A stretch of 64,000 nt of DNA from an uncultured Gammaproteobacteria bacterium (GTDB lineage: Bacteria; Patescibacteriota; Microgenomatia; UBA12405; BS750m-G30). Positions 27,940 through 37,959 of the stretch are shown piece by piece. Both the position numbers and the translations under genes were made by a program. Where the stretch lies: assembly GCA_964484095.1 (NCBI GenBank), contig CAZAEB010000001.1, positions 1,655-65,654 of the forward strand, given 5' to 3'. Below the pieces are notes generated by a model. The model saw only the letters and a program-made list of their open reading frames with translations. It had not been told where the DNA came from and did not search any database. Position 1 is the stretch's first letter. Every line of letters starts with the position of its first letter.

Positions 27940-28854
27940 TTAGTCCTCTAAGGTAACTCCTTTATCTTTTAACACTTTTTCTAACTCAGTCACCGACTTT
28001 TCACCAACATTGTTGGCATCCATTACTTTTTTTCTACTAACGCCTTGAAAGTCGGAAACTTTTTTGTACCCTGCTTTCCTCAAAGCATTTGCCAGCCGAA
28101 GAGGAATATCCAACTCATCAACTACCACTTCCAGCTCACCATTCTTTTTCTCAACTGCTTTTTTCTTAGGCTTAACATGATTCGGCTTGGCAATCTGAGC
28201 AAAAACCCCTACCAATATTTCTGCTGCCTGTTCAACTAGATCGCCTGGATTGACAGTTTTATCCGTCCAAACTTCAAAAACTACCTCGTCTAAATTACTG
28301 GTTTTGCCTGCCCGAATCGGATTAACGACAAAACTTGCCTTAACGACCGGACTAAAAATGGCATCAACAGAAATGACTCTCATTTTGTCAACCTTATGGT
28401 CCTCTGCTAAAGAGTATCCTTGGCCCTTTTCAACAATTAATTCAGCCTTAAATTTTGTCTTTTTGTCGGCTAAGTTTGCCAAAACTAAATCCTTGTTAGT
28501 TACCTCAACTCCAGCCGGAAAAGAAATATCTCCTGCTGTAACCGACCCAGGGCCAGTTTTTTCAATTTTTCCTTTAACTGGCTTCTCGGCCTTACTGGTA
28601 ATCCTGATCTGTTTAACATTGGTGATAATTTCCAAAACGTCTTCTTTGACACCTTTAATTGTGGCAAACGCATGACTAACCCCATCAATTTTAATCGTAG
28701 TAACAGCCGCACCAGGCATTGCGCCCAGTAAAACTCTTCTTAAAGAGTTTCCAACCGTATAACCAAAGCCTCCTGCAAGAGGAGAAATGACAAACCGACC
28801 ATAACCATCAGAAACCTTCTCTTTTTTAATCCAAAATTCTGTTATATCAGTCAT
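27940..28854 (-). CDS. rpoA: RNA polymerase alpha subunit
   Basis: GFGYTVGNSLRRVLL, GVKEDV, DAIFSPV, alpha-CTD. Confidence 0.97.
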   Translation of the reverse strand: MTDITEFWIKKEKVSDGYGRFVISPLAGGFGYTVGNSLRRVLLGAMPGAAVTTIKIDGVSHAFATIKGVKEDVLEIITNVKQIRITSKAEKPVKGKIEKTGPGSVTAGDISFPAGVEVTNKDLVLANLADKKTKFKAELIVEKGQGYSLAEDHKVDKMRVISVDAIFSPVVKASFVVNPIRAGKTSNLDEVVFEVWTDKTVNPGDLVEQAAEILVGVFAQIAKPNHVKPKKKAVEKKNGELEVVVDELDIPLRLANALRKAGYKKVSDFQGVSRKKVMDANNVGEKSVTELEKVLKDKGVTLED

Positions 28855-28899
28855 TTATTGCTCCTTTTAACAATTAATTTTTAAAGTTTAAAAACAAAT

Positions 28900-29520
28900 T
28901 CAGCGAGAATAAAACTCAATAATTATATTCTCTTTAATATCCTGAGGCATTTCTTCCCTTGTCGGCATTTTCTCAACCTTGCCGAATACGCCTTTTCTCT
29001 TTAGCCAGGCGGGAATTTCAAGATCCTTTTTTGCCAGCCAGATCTCAACAGATTTTATTTTTGCTCCTGATTTAGAAAGCTCTATCTTGTCGTTGAGTCG
29101 CAGATTATATGAAGGAATTTTTACCTTTTCCCCATTAACCAATACCTTGCCGTGAGTAATAAGCTGACGAGCCATTCTTTTTGAAGATGCCAAACCCAGC
29201 CGATGAAGAACATTATCCAGTCTTAACTCCAGCAACCTTAAAAGATTTTCTCCTTGATCTCCATCAATCATACTGGCCTTTTTCAAATAATTTTTGAACT
29301 GTTTTTCCATTACTCCGTAATATCGCTTTGTTTTTTGCTTTTCTCTCAACTGAGTACCATACTCCGAAAGTCTAAACCCACTTTTCAAACCATGAACTCC
29401 AGGAGCAACCGGACCAACCTTTTCCAAAGGACATTTTGGAGAAAAACATCTCTCTCCTTTTAAAAAAAGTTTTAATTTCTCTCGGCGACAAAGTCGACAT
29501 TTTTTATAAAAATTAGCCAT
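28900..29520 (-). CDS. rpsD: 30S ribosomal protein uS4
   Basis: SEYGTQLREKQK, LELRLDNV, ARQLITHG, IIEFYSR. Confidence 0.97.
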   Translation of the reverse strand: MANFYKKCRLCRREKLKLFLKGERCFSPKCPLEKVGPVAPGVHGLKSGFRLSEYGTQLREKQKTKRYYGVMEKQFKNYLKKASMIDGDQGENLLRLLELRLDNVLHRLGLASSKRMARQLITHGKVLVNGEKVKIPSYNLRLNDKIELSKSGAKIKSVEIWLAKKDLEIPAWLKRKGVFGKVEKMPTREEMPQDIKENIIIEFYSR

Positions 29521-29523
29521 ATT

Positions 29524-29913
29524 TTATGTTCTCCTTCTTTTGGGCGGCCTGGGACCGTTATGAGGAATTGGAGTAACATCAGAAATCGAAAGAACGTCAA
29601 TTTCCCTTCTGGAACTCAAAACTTTTAATGCCGAATCTCTTCCTGGACCAGGTCCTTTGATATATACCTGAGCCTTTTTCATTCCCAGTTGTCTAGCGAT
29701 TTCGACTGCTTTTTCTAAAGTTGTGGTTGCTGCATACGGAGTTGATCTTCGAGTCCCTTTAAAGCCAAGTTTTCCCGAAGAAACCCAATCCACAACGTTG
29801 CCAGTCAAATCAGTAATGGCTACGATTGTATTGTTAAAACTGGCAGAAACAGTAATTCTGCCCTCAATAACAAATTTTTTTTCTTTGGTTTTCTTGTTAT
29901 TTGTCTTGCTCAT
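29524..29913 (-). CDS. rpsK: 30S ribosomal protein uS11
   Basis: ASFNNTI, STPYAA, KGPGPGR, DVTPIPHNG. Confidence 0.97.
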   Translation of the reverse strand: MSKTNNKKTKEKKFVIEGRITVSASFNNTIVAITDLTGNVVDWVSSGKLGFKGTRRSTPYAATTTLEKAVEIARQLGMKKAQVYIKGPGPGRDSALKVLSSRREIDVLSISDVTPIPHNGPRPPKRRRT

Positions 29914-29955
29914 TTTTTATTGTTCTAATTTTTTATTTGTTAAAACAATAGATTT

Positions 29956-30354
29956 TTATACCTTTTGCTGTTGTTCAATTTTTGACCACATTTCCTTACT
30001 TAAAGCCCCAACCGTCTTTTTCTTGCCCCTTCTGGTTCTAGCATTGTCTTTAGTTCGCTGTCCCCTGACTGGCAAATTAACCATATGTCTAATTCCTCGA
30101 TAAGTGCGAATCGCCTTCAATCTTTCAATATTTTCCCTGATCTCTTTTCTTAAATCCCCCTCTGTCAAAAAATTATTTAATACGGTTGCTACTCGAGAAA
30201 CTTCTTCTTTGGAAAGATCTTTGGCCCTCATATCCTTGTCAAGTTTGGCCTGCTTTATTAGTAATCCAACATTACTCCTGCCAATTCCATATACCCGTGT
30301 TAAGCCAATATCGATTTTTTCGTTATCTGGTATTTGTATTCCTGCTATTCTCAT
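29956..30354 (-). CDS. rpsM: 30S ribosomal protein uS13
   Basis: RIAGI, VYGIG, EGDLR, YRGIRH…LPVRGQRTK.NARTR. Confidence 0.97.
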   Translation of the reverse strand: MRIAGIQIPDNEKIDIGLTRVYGIGRSNVGLLIKQAKLDKDMRAKDLSKEEVSRVATVLNNFLTEGDLRKEIRENIERLKAIRTYRGIRHMVNLPVRGQRTKDNARTRRGKKKTVGALSKEMWSKIEQQQKV

Positions 30355-30356
30355 TA

Positions 30357-30470
30357 TTATCCTTGTTTCTGTTTATGTCTCTTGTTTTTACAAATAACAA
30401 AAAGTCGCCCTCGACGACGGACTATCTTACAATCTCGACAACGCGCCTTTACACTTGACTTAACTTTCAT
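30357..30470 (-). CDS. rpmJ: 50S ribosomal protein bL36 (37 aa, not in ORF track)
   Basis: Manual translation [37 protein letters not shown]. Confidence 0.97.
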   Translation of the reverse strand: MKVKSSVKARCRDCKIVRRRGRLFVICKNKRHKQKQG

Positions 30471-30473
30471 TTT

Positions 30474-30701
30474 TTATTTTTCTCTAAACACTACCCGACC
30501 CCTGGTCGAATCATGAGGAGACATTTCTATCTTAACCTTGTCTCCTGGCACCACTCTAATATAGTGCAACCTCATTTTTCCAGATAGATAAGCGAGAATC
30601 ACCTTATCATTATCCAGTTTCACTCGAAAAGTGATATCCGGCAATGCCTCGGTTACCACCCCACTAAAAACCAACTTATCGTCTTTTCCTTTATCGGGCA
30701 T
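30474..30701 (-). CDS. infA: Translation initiation factor IF-1
   Basis: GVVTEALP…LAYLSGKMRLHYIRVVPGDKV…GRVVFR. Confidence 0.97.
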   Translation of the reverse strand: MPDKGKDDKLVFSGVVTEALPDITFRVKLDNDKVILAYLSGKMRLHYIRVVPGDKVKIEMSPHDSTRGRVVFREK

Positions 30702-30702
30702 T

Positions 30703-31458
30703 TTATTCCCAGAAATATGGGGTTAAATCCACTAAACCAGAATCATTAACATATACCGATTTCTCAAAAAGTCCTGATATTTTACCACCTTTATTTACGA
30801 TTGTCCAGCCATTACTTTCCGTTTCCAATCTAGGCTTAGTATCGGTATAAATAATCTCGATTGCCAATCCCTGACCCGCTAAAATAGGGGGGGTCTTTTC
30901 AATATCTCCCTTTAATAGGCAGGGGATATGTGGTTTTTGGTGAAGATTTTCGCCAATTCCATGACCTGTTAGTGTTTCTACGCAAAAAAATCCGTCTCCT
31001 TCTATCTGTTTCTGAATGGCTTGAGAAATATCCCCAACTCTATTTCCAAGTTTGGCTGCCTCCATTGCTTCATCTAAAGCTTTTCTGCCAGACATCAAAA
31101 ACGCTTCCTCAAAAACATAAGAAAGAGGTTTCCCCGCTATAAAGCTATAGGCCATATCAGTATGAAAACCATCAAAATATGCACCTCCGTCAATACTCAC
31201 CAAGTCTCCTTGGGAAATTCGAGTATTGTCAGGAATACCATGGACTACGCCGTTATTTAAATTTATACAGGTAGCCCAAGAATAACCAGACACCTTTTTA
31301 AATGAAGCTTTTGCCCTGAAATTGGCAAGTTTTATGCAAAAAAACTCCTCGATCTCTAATAAACTTCTTCCTGATTTCATATAACCAATCGCCTCTGCCA
31401 TCGCCTTGGCTAAAATCCTGCCTCCTTTTTTCATAGATTGAAGTTTTTTGTCGCTCAT
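30703..31458 (-). CDS. map: Methionine aminopeptidase type I
   Basis: VVHGIP, SIDGG…HTDMA, GHGIG..LH, AIE, FEKSV. Confidence 0.93.
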   Translation of the reverse strand: MSDKKLQSMKKGGRILAKAMAEAIGYMKSGRSLLEIEEFFCIKLANFRAKASFKKVSGYSWATCINLNNGVVHGIPDNTRISQGDLVSIDGGAYFDGFHTDMAYSFIAGKPLSYVFEEAFLMSGRKALDEAMEAAKLGNRVGDISQAIQKQIEGDGFFCVETLTGHGIGENLHQKPHIPCLLKGDIEKTPPILAGQGLAIEIIYTDTKPRLETESNGWTIVNKGGKISGLFEKSVYVNDSGLVDLTPYFWE

Positions 31459-32054
31459 TATATCTTTTCAAGTTTACATACTATATCTTTATAGATATCT
31501 TCAACCGGTCTTTCTCCATCAATTTCAACCAAAACTCCTTTTTTGCGGTAATATTTCAATATTGGCTTAATTGTTTTCATATAAGACTTAAACCTTTTTT
31601 TGAAAATTTCTGGATTATCATCATTCCTTCCTGTCTGAAATTTTTTACCATCGGCTACAACCTTTTCTCTCCTTGCCAAAACCACCTCCGGTCTAACCTT
31701 AATCAAAATCACCAGATCAATTCTCAACCCCCTTTTTTTCAAATAATCATCAATCAACCCTGCCTGAACAACAGTTCTGGGAGAACCGTCAAGAATAAAA
31801 CCTTGAGATGAAGCTTTTTCTAATCTTGGAAAAATCATTTCGCAAATAATTTCATCAGAAACCCACCGACCCTTAACTAAATACTGAGACATTTTTTTAC
31901 CCATCTGTGTTTTTTTTGCCACCTCTTGACGAAGAATATCGCCGGAAGAAACGTGAACCATTTGATAGTCTTTAGCAATTATTTTTGCCTGAGTCCCTTT
32001 ACCACTTCCCGATGCCCCGATAAAAACCAGATTAAATTTTTTGTTCTTTATCAT
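31458..32054 (-). CDS. adk: Adenylate kinase (short-lid type)
   Basis: GASGSGKGTQA, SSGDILR, LDGSPRT, R.DD. Confidence 0.93.
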   Translation of the reverse strand: MIKNKKFNLVFIGASGSGKGTQAKIIAKDYQMVHVSSGDILRQEVAKKTQMGKKMSQYLVKGRWVSDEIICEMIFPRLEKASSQGFILDGSPRTVVQAGLIDDYLKKRGLRIDLVILIKVRPEVVLARREKVVADGKKFQTGRNDDNPEIFKKRFKSYMKTIKPILKYYRKKGVLVEIDGERPVEDIYKDIVCKLEKI

Positions 32055-33345
32055 TAAAAATAACTTTGATAACGATACGTCTGAACCTGGTTCTCTAATA
32101 GCCTGTTAATTTCTAAAATTACTGAAACAACAATTAAAATTCCCGTCCCTCCCAAAGAAACGGTAGAAATACCGGTTATTCCCTGGGTAATTGACGGTAA
32201 AATTGCTATAAACCCAAGAAAAAAAGCGCCAACAATAGTTACCCGTGAGAGCAGAAAAGACAGTCTTTCTTTAGTCGACCGACCAGGCCTTACTCCAGGA
32301 ATAAACCCCCCTGACTTTCTAAGTTCTTCTGAGACATCTTTGGGGTTAAACACCACAGAGGTATAAAAATAGGTGAAAAAAACCACAATAATAAAATATG
32401 ACAAATTATAAACAATCCCAGTTGACTGAAAATACAGATTTAAGGTTTTTCCAATTGATGCAAAGGGTTCTAGCGTTAACTGAGAGGCAAAATTAGTAAT
32501 CATTTGAGGAACCATTACTAGAGAAAGGGCAAAAATAATCGGCATTACCCCAGCACTATTAACCTTTAAAGGAAGATAACTGCTTTGCCCCGCAGACTGC
32601 CTTCCCCCCGCCATCCTTCTGGCATAGCGAATTGGAATCCTTAAGACCGCTTCATCGATAAAAATAATCCCAATAATAACTCCAATCGCCATCCCGCCAA
32701 AAGCAACCAGGTTAAATACATTGGTTTGAGAGGCAATGTTAACTGTTTGAAGAATATTGACCGGATAGCGAGCGACTATTCCTGAAAAGATTAAAAGAGA
32801 GATGCCATTGCCAACTCCATACTGAGTGATAAGTTCTCCCAAAAAAACCATCAGCATCGTTCCGGCAGTCATGGTGACTATAAAACTAGCCAGATGAACA
32901 ACGGAAAGGGTATCAATTATTCCCTGACTTTTTAAAAGAGTGTACATTGCAAAGACTGTAAAATCGCCAAAAACACAGTCGTGTAGCGAGTATACTGAGC
33001 TAGTTTTTGCCGACCATATTCCCCTTCTTTTCTAAGCTCCTTTATCTGAGGAATAACAAATCCCAAAAGTTGAAACATAATTGAGGCGTTAATGTATGGG
33101 GCTAACCCTAAAGCACTAATGGAAAAGTTTGCCAAAGTGCCTCCAGAAAAAACATCAAGTAAAGCCAAAAATTGATTTTGGGAAAAAAACGATTTCAATA
33201 CCTCTTTATCTACTCCAGGAACGGTTATATGAGCAATTAAACGAAAAGTAAACAGTATTGCCAGAGTGAAAATAAGTTTTTTTCTAATCTCAGAGATCTT
33301 AAAAGCTTCAAGATATGTGGACAAAGTTTTAGTAAAAATAGTCAT
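32054..33345 (-). CDS. secY: Preprotein translocase SecY, split by a 1-nt deletion near 32951-32953
   Basis: N part FSISALGLAPYINASI…QYTRY; C part GNGISLLIFSGI, YLPLKVN.AGVMPIIFA, FIPGVRPG, GGTGILIVV. Confidence 0.95.
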
Positions 33346-33803
33346 TTGTTACCATTATCAACGCTTCCACCTGCTTTTTCAACCTGGTCTTTTACTGACC
33401 TGGCACAAAGGAGCTTAATAGAAAGCGGTTTGGTTATTTTTCCTCCACCAATAATTTTTACCCCTTTCGAAAAAGCCTCTTTTTTATTAACAATTTTTTT
33501 ATCAACCAAGCTTTTAATATCAACTGTTTGTTTGGCCTTAAAATGACTATCAAGCAGTTCCAACCTGATAGAAACTGGGTTGCGCGTAGATTTCAGTCTG
33601 CCCTTTCCTCTCCATAAAGGCAGTCTTTTAAGCCATGATTTTTTGATCTTTGTTCCGGAAAAAGTCAATTTGGGCTTATTTCTTGCCTTCATGCCTTTCT
33701 GGCCCCTACCCGAAGCATGACCACCTTTTCCTGAAGAATAACCTCTGCCGACTCTTTTGGCTGAGCGATTAGTTTTTGATTTTACCAAACTATGAAGATT
33801 CAT
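33342..33803 (-). CDS. rplO: 50S ribosomal protein uL15
   Basis: KRVGRG.SSGKG…GRGQKG, VEKAGG. Confidence 0.95.
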   Translation of the reverse strand: MNLHSLVKSKTNRSAKRVGRGYSSGKGGHASGRGQKGMKARNKPKLTFSGTKIKKSWLKRLPLWRGKGRLKSTRNPVSIRLELLDSHFKAKQTVDIKSLVDKKIVNKKEAFSKGVKIIGGGKITKPLSIKLLCARSVKDQVEKAGGSVDNGNK

Positions 33804-33805
33804 GA

Positions 33806-34276
33806 TTATTCCTCCAACAATCCAAAAGCTTTAATTGTCGCTCGAACATTAACTTCTTTATTTTTAGAACCAATCATCTTGGCGACCAGATCCTCAATTC
33901 CAACGGCATTGGAAATTATTCTCATTGGTCCGCCAGCAATTAATCCTGTTCCTGTTTTGGCTGGCTTTAACAAAACCTGAGCCCCTTTGAATTTTACCTG
34001 AACCTGATGGGGAATTGTCTTGTTTCTCAGAGGAACTCTAACCATTTTCTCTCGGGCTTTTTTCATTCCTTTTCTAATTGCCGAAGCGACATCTCTGGCT
34101 CTTGCCAAACAATAACCAACCTTTCCTTTTCCGTCTCCAACAACAACCAAGGCGGTAAAAGAAATTTTATTTCCTCCCTTAGTTTTTTTGCTTACTCTTT
34201 TAATCTGAACCACCTTCTCTATCATTCCGTCTTCTGGTCCTTGCATATAATTATTCTGCCTATTTCTATTATTCAT
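33806..34276 (-). CDS. rpsE: 30S ribosomal protein uS5
   Basis: RVSKKTKGG, LVVVGDG.GKVG, PA..GTGLIAGG. Confidence 0.97.
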   Translation of the reverse strand: MNNRNRQNNYMQGPEDGMIEKVVQIKRVSKKTKGGNKISFTALVVVGDGKGKVGYCLARARDVASAIRKGMKKAREKMVRVPLRNKTIPHQVQVKFKGAQVLLKPAKTGTGLIAGGPMRIISNAVGIEDLVAKMIGSKNKEVNVRATIKAFGLLEE

Positions 34277-34623
34277 TAAAACTCTAGTCCTCCTTTTCTG
34301 GCCCCCTCAGCAACCGCTTTTACCCGGCCATGAAATCGATAACTACCTCTATCAAAAACTACTTTTTTAACCCCTTTAGAAACTGCTTTTTTGGCAATCT
34401 GCTCACCAACAATAAAAGCCACCTCTGTTTTTGTCTTTTTGTCACCTTTTTTAGCAAGCTTTTGACTATTCTCAGAAAAAAGAGTTTTGCCAGTAGTCAT
34501 ATCGACCAACTGAACCCAAACATATCGATTGGAACGATAAACCACTAATTTGCGACCTCTACTAACGGCAATTCCTTTTCTAATCCTAAGCGCTCTTTTT
34601 TGTTTTGCTGTTCTTTTGTTCAT
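34276..34623 (-). CDS. rplR: 50S ribosomal protein uL18
   Basis: LVVYRSN, VVFDRGSYRFHGRVKAVAEGAR..GLEF. Confidence 0.96.
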   Translation of the reverse strand: MNKRTAKQKRALRIRKGIAVSRGRKLVVYRSNRYVWVQLVDMTTGKTLFSENSQKLAKKGDKKTKTEVAFIVGEQIAKKAVSKGVKKVVFDRGSYRFHGRVKAVAEGARKGGLEF

Positions 34624-34640
34624 TTTTTTGATTAATAAAT

Positions 34641-35180
34641 TTATTCTTTAGCAGCTGCCTTACCAGGCTTTAACCTAATCTCTTCTCCTTCATAACGAAT
34701 CCCTTTTCCTAAATAAGCATCTGGTTTTCTGATCTTTTTAATCATCGCCGCCACTTGACCAACTAACTGACGGTCAATCCCTTTAATAACAATCTTTGTT
34801 TCTTCTATCTCAAATTCTGTCCCCTCGGGAATTTTGAATTCTACCGGATTGGCAAAACCAACATTTAATACCAGATTGTCTGCCACTCTAGATGCTCGAT
34901 AGCCGGTACCAATAATTGCTAAAGACTTTGACCATCCCTCAGTAACTCCAATAACAGCGTTGTTAATTAGGTTGCGAACCGTTCCATGACAGGATCTTAC
35001 TGCCTTTGCCTCTGATCGACGGCTAACCAACACTTCTGCCACATCAACCTTAACATCAATCCTTCCAGGAATTGGCAAAAGCATTTCTCCTTTAGGCCCC
35101 TTGATTGAGACTTTTTTTCCCTCAACTTTTACCTCAACGCCCTCGGGGATTGTAACCGGTTGTTTTCCAATTTTCGACAT
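34641..35180 (-). CDS. rplF: 50S ribosomal protein uL6
   Basis: MSKIGKQPV, GTGYRA, PDAYLGKGIRY. Confidence 0.97.
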   Translation of the reverse strand: MSKIGKQPVTIPEGVEVKVEGKKVSIKGPKGEMLLPIPGRIDVKVDVAEVLVSRRSEAKAVRSCHGTVRNLINNAVIGVTEGWSKSLAIIGTGYRASRVADNLVLNVGFANPVEFKIPEGTEFEIEETKIVIKGIDRQLVGQVAAMIKKIRKPDAYLGKGIRYEGEEIRLKPGKAAAKE

Positions 35181-35579
35181 TTAATAAATCTCCGCTATTA
35201 CCTCTCCGCCAAGATTCTTTTTTCGGGCCTTTCTGGCCGTCATCAATCCTTGCGAAGTAGAAACAATAACAATTGCGTTTGATCTGCCAGTATATGGCAG
35301 ATCCTTATAACCAACATAATACCTTCTTCCTGGTTTAGAAAAGAATTTAATCTCCTTGAAAAGAGGTTTGCCTGCACCGTGATAGGCTAACTCGGCAATG
35401 ATCTCTTTTTTTGCCGCCTTCTCTTTGGAAACATCAAACCTTTTTAATAACGAGCTGTCAACCAATATTTTTGCAATTTCTTCCAGTTTTTTAGACCAAG
35501 GAACAACCACAGTCTTTTTATCAACTGCACCGCCATTTTTAATTCTGATTAGAAAATCTCCCAATGGATAGTTATTCAT
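35181..35579 (-). CDS. rpsH: 30S ribosomal protein uS8
   Basis: DFLIRIKN, SKPGRRYY, VSTSQGLMT, GGEV. Confidence 0.96.
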   Translation of the reverse strand: MNNYPLGDFLIRIKNGGAVDKKTVVVPWSKKLEEIAKILVDSSLLKRFDVSKEKAAKKEIIAELAYHGAGKPLFKEIKFFSKPGRRYYVGYKDLPYTGRSNAIVIVSTSQGLMTARKARKKNLGGEVIAEIY

Positions 35580-35582
35580 AAT

Positions 35583-35768
35583 TTACCAACTTGCTTTTTT
35601 AACACCCGGCAAAACACCTTCCCTTGCCAGTTTTCGAAAACAAAGCCGACAAAGTCTAAAAAAACGAATATAACCTCTTGACCGGCCACACAACTGACAT
35701 CGATTTCGATATCTGTTTTTAAATCTTAATTTTTTTTCTTCTCTTACAATTTTCGATTTTTTAGCCAT
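35583..35768 (-). CDS. rpsN: 30S ribosomal protein uS14 (Zn-binding short type)
   Basis: RCQLCGRSR…LCRLCFR…PGVKKASW. Confidence 0.96.
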   Translation of the reverse strand: MAKKSKIVREEKKLRFKNRYRNRCQLCGRSRGYIRFFRLCRLCFRKLAREGVLPGVKKASW

Positions 35769-35810
35769 TATTGGACGTTTCTTTTTTAAAGTTATATTTT
35801 AACACCTGCG

Positions 35811-36344
35811 TCAATTGGAAAAAGGAAACCCCATCATCTTCAAAAGAGCCATTGCTTCTTTTTCCCCTTTAATGTTGGTAACTATTGTTACCTGTAAACT
35901 TTTAATCTTTTTGACTTTATCAATATCTATTTCAGGAAAAACCGTCTGTTCTGGAAGACCAATACTATAATTGCCTGCCTGATCAAATTTCTTTGGCGAA
36001 AGACCTCTAAAATCCCTCAGTCTTGGTAAAACCAAACTAAACAATCTTTCCAAGAAATCATACATTCTTTTTCCTCTTAAAGTAACTTTAAGTCCAATAA
36101 CCTGACCCTTTCTCAACTTAAATCCAGATATGGATTTTTTAGCGGAACAAGCAACCGGTTTCTGACCAGTAATAACCTCAAGCTCACTGGAAAAAAGGTC
36201 AATCAATGAACGGTCATCTTTAGCTTCGGCTATCCCCATATTTACAATTACCTTGTCTACTTTTGGAACTGCCATTAAATTGTCTATCGCCAATTCTTTT
36301 TTCAAAGCAGGAATAATTTCTTTCTTGTATTTTTCTATAAGCAT
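35811..36344 (-). CDS. rplE: 50S ribosomal protein uL5
   Basis: ITGQKP, FKLRKG, KVTLRG, LPRLRDFRG. Confidence 0.97.
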   Translation of the reverse strand: MLIEKYKKEIIPALKKELAIDNLMAVPKVDKVIVNMGIAEAKDDRSLIDLFSSELEVITGQKPVACSAKKSISGFKLRKGQVIGLKVTLRGKRMYDFLERLFSLVLPRLRDFRGLSPKKFDQAGNYSIGLPEQTVFPEIDIDKVKKIKSLQVTIVTNIKGEKEAMALLKMMGFPFSN

Positions 36345-36347
36345 TTT

Positions 36348-36698
36348 TTATTTACCTCCATCAATTAATCCTTTGCATTTTTTACATATTCTTTGTTTCT
36401 TTTTTTGACTATCAATTTGAAATCCAACCCTAGCCGGCTTTTTACATGTCGGACAAATCACCATCAATTTAGAAATGGCCACTGGAGCTTCTCTTTCAAT
36501 AATTCCGCCTGGTTTATCCTTACCTTGAGCTTTAATGTGTTTTTTAACTTTATTTATCCCGGCTACAATCACCTTCCCCTTACTTCTGATTATTTTTTTA
36601 ACTTCTCCCTGCTGGCCGCGATCTTTACCAGAACGAATATATACTTTGTCGCCTTTTTTTATCTTTTTAATAGTAATTTTCTTAGTATTTTGTGCCAT
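36348..36698 (-). CDS. rplX: 50S ribosomal protein uL24
   Basis: IKKGDKV…GKDRG.QG, GGIIEREAP; start at the ATG of MAQNTK. Confidence 0.96.
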   Translation of the reverse strand: MAQNTKKITIKKIKKGDKVYIRSGKDRGQQGEVKKIIRSKGKVIVAGINKVKKHIKAQGKDKPGGIIEREAPVAISKLMVICPTCKKPARVGFQIDSQKKKQRICKKCKGLIDGGK

Positions 36699-36699
36699 A

Positions 36700-37068
36700 T
36701 TAAATAAGCTCTTTTGCCATTGAAGCAATTTTATTAAATCCTGCTTCTTTTACCTCTCTAGAGACAGGTCCAAAAATTCTTGTCCCCCTTGGGTTGCCTT
36801 GATCGTCAATTATAACTGCAGCATTATCGTCAAATCTAATATATGACCCGTCTTTGCGATGCGATTCTTTTCTGGTTCTTACTAGAACAGCCTTTACTTT
36901 GTCACTTTTTTTAACCGTTCCATCTGGAGCGGCTTCTTTAACTACTACGTGAACAACATCACCCATGAGTCCGCTATGTCTTTTCCAGCCACCCATAACC
37001 TGAATTACCATCAGTTTTTTTGCTCCAGTATTATCGGCTGACTTTAATATTGATCTTAACTGAACCAT
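36700..37068 (-). CDS. rplN: 50S ribosomal protein uL14
   Basis: ADNTGAK, DGSYIRFDDNAAV, GTRIFGPV. Confidence 0.98.
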   Translation of the reverse strand: MVQLRSILKSADNTGAKKLMVIQVMGGWKRHSGLMGDVVHVVVKEAAPDGTVKKSDKVKAVLVRTRKESHRKDGSYIRFDDNAAVIIDDQGNPRGTRIFGPVSREVKEAGFNKIASMAKELI

Positions 37069-37080
37069 TTTTGTCTTTAA

Positions 37081-37338
37081 TTACTTGCTAACTATTTTTA
37101 TAACAGCAAATCTTTTTAACTTGCTTATCGGTTTTGTTTCTTTAATTTCAACCACATCGCCTATCTTTGCCTTAAGTTGATTATCAGCATAAAGCTTACT
37201 TTTACTGACAACTACCTTTCGGTATTTTGGATGAGGTAGTCGACGGGTTATCTCAACCACCACTGTTTTATCCATCTTGTCAGAAACAACCTTGCCAGTA
37301 AATTTTTTAATCAGCTTTTTTTTACTTTTGACTGCCAT
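37081..37338 (-). CDS. rpsQ: 30S ribosomal protein uS17
   Basis: GKVVSDKMDKTVVV, HPKYRK, ETKPISKLKR. Confidence 0.97.
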   Translation of the reverse strand: MAVKSKKKLIKKFTGKVVSDKMDKTVVVEITRRLPHPKYRKVVVSKSKLYADNQLKAKIGDVVEIKETKPISKLKRFAVIKIVSK

Positions 37339-37549
37339 TATTGTCTTTCTTTGTCATTAATTTTTCATTAATAATTGTTCTAATAACTGCAATTTCCGCT
37401 CTAAGAAGTCGAGGCAGGTTGGTATTTTTAAGCTGTCTTTTTACCAGCTTAATTTTCGCTTCTAACAGATTTTTTTCTTTAGCTAACAACTCCTCCTCTA
37501 GCTGTGAAATAGATTTTGCTCGCAAACTATCTTTATTTTTTTTATTCAT
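37322..37549 (-). CDS. rpmC: 50S ribosomal protein uL29
   Basis: Position between rplP and rpsQ; LR…EIAVIRTIINEK. Confidence 0.9.
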   Translation of the reverse strand: MNKKNKDSLRAKSISQLEEELLAKEKNLLEAKIKLVKRQLKNTNLPRLLRAEIAVIRTIINEKLMTKKDNNGSQK

Positions 37550-37956
37550 TATTTATTTCTTTTTACAATTTTAGTCGGAAATGATAGTTTATAGGAAGCT
37601 CTTTTTAAAGCTCCAACTGCAATTTCCTCCGAAACACCACTAACTTCAAACAGTATTCTTCCAGGTTTAACAACAGCCACATGGGTATCGATATCGCCCT
37701 TACCTGCTCCCATAGGTGATCCAGGGGACTTTTTAGTAATTGGTTTATCAGGAAATACCTTAATCCAAAGCCGGGCATTTCTCTTTGTAAAATGAGTAAT
37801 TGCCTTTCTGGCCGCCTCGATCTGATTATCCTTAAACCAACCCCTACCCAAACTCTTGAGACCAAAATCTCCAAACTCAAGGCGAGACCCCGATATACTG
37901 GATCCCTTCATTCTGCCTCTAAATTGTTTTCGATACTTAGTTTTCTTGGGCTGCAT
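37549..37956 (-). CDS. rplP: 50S ribosomal protein uL16
   Basis: PKKTKYRKQFRG, QIEAAR, FPDKPIT, MGAGKG. Confidence 0.97.
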   Translation of the reverse strand: MQPKKTKYRKQFRGRMKGSSISGSRLEFGDFGLKSLGRGWFKDNQIEAARKAITHFTKRNARLWIKVFPDKPITKKSPGSPMGAGKGDIDTHVAVVKPGRILFEVSGVSEEIAVGALKRASYKLSFPTKIVKRNK

Positions 37957-37959
37957 ATT

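Noticed and set aside
33804-33805. Absence of rpmD (uL30) between rpsE and rplO as a novelty
   Set aside because: Real, but an established CPR-wide trait; used only as a taxonomic clue
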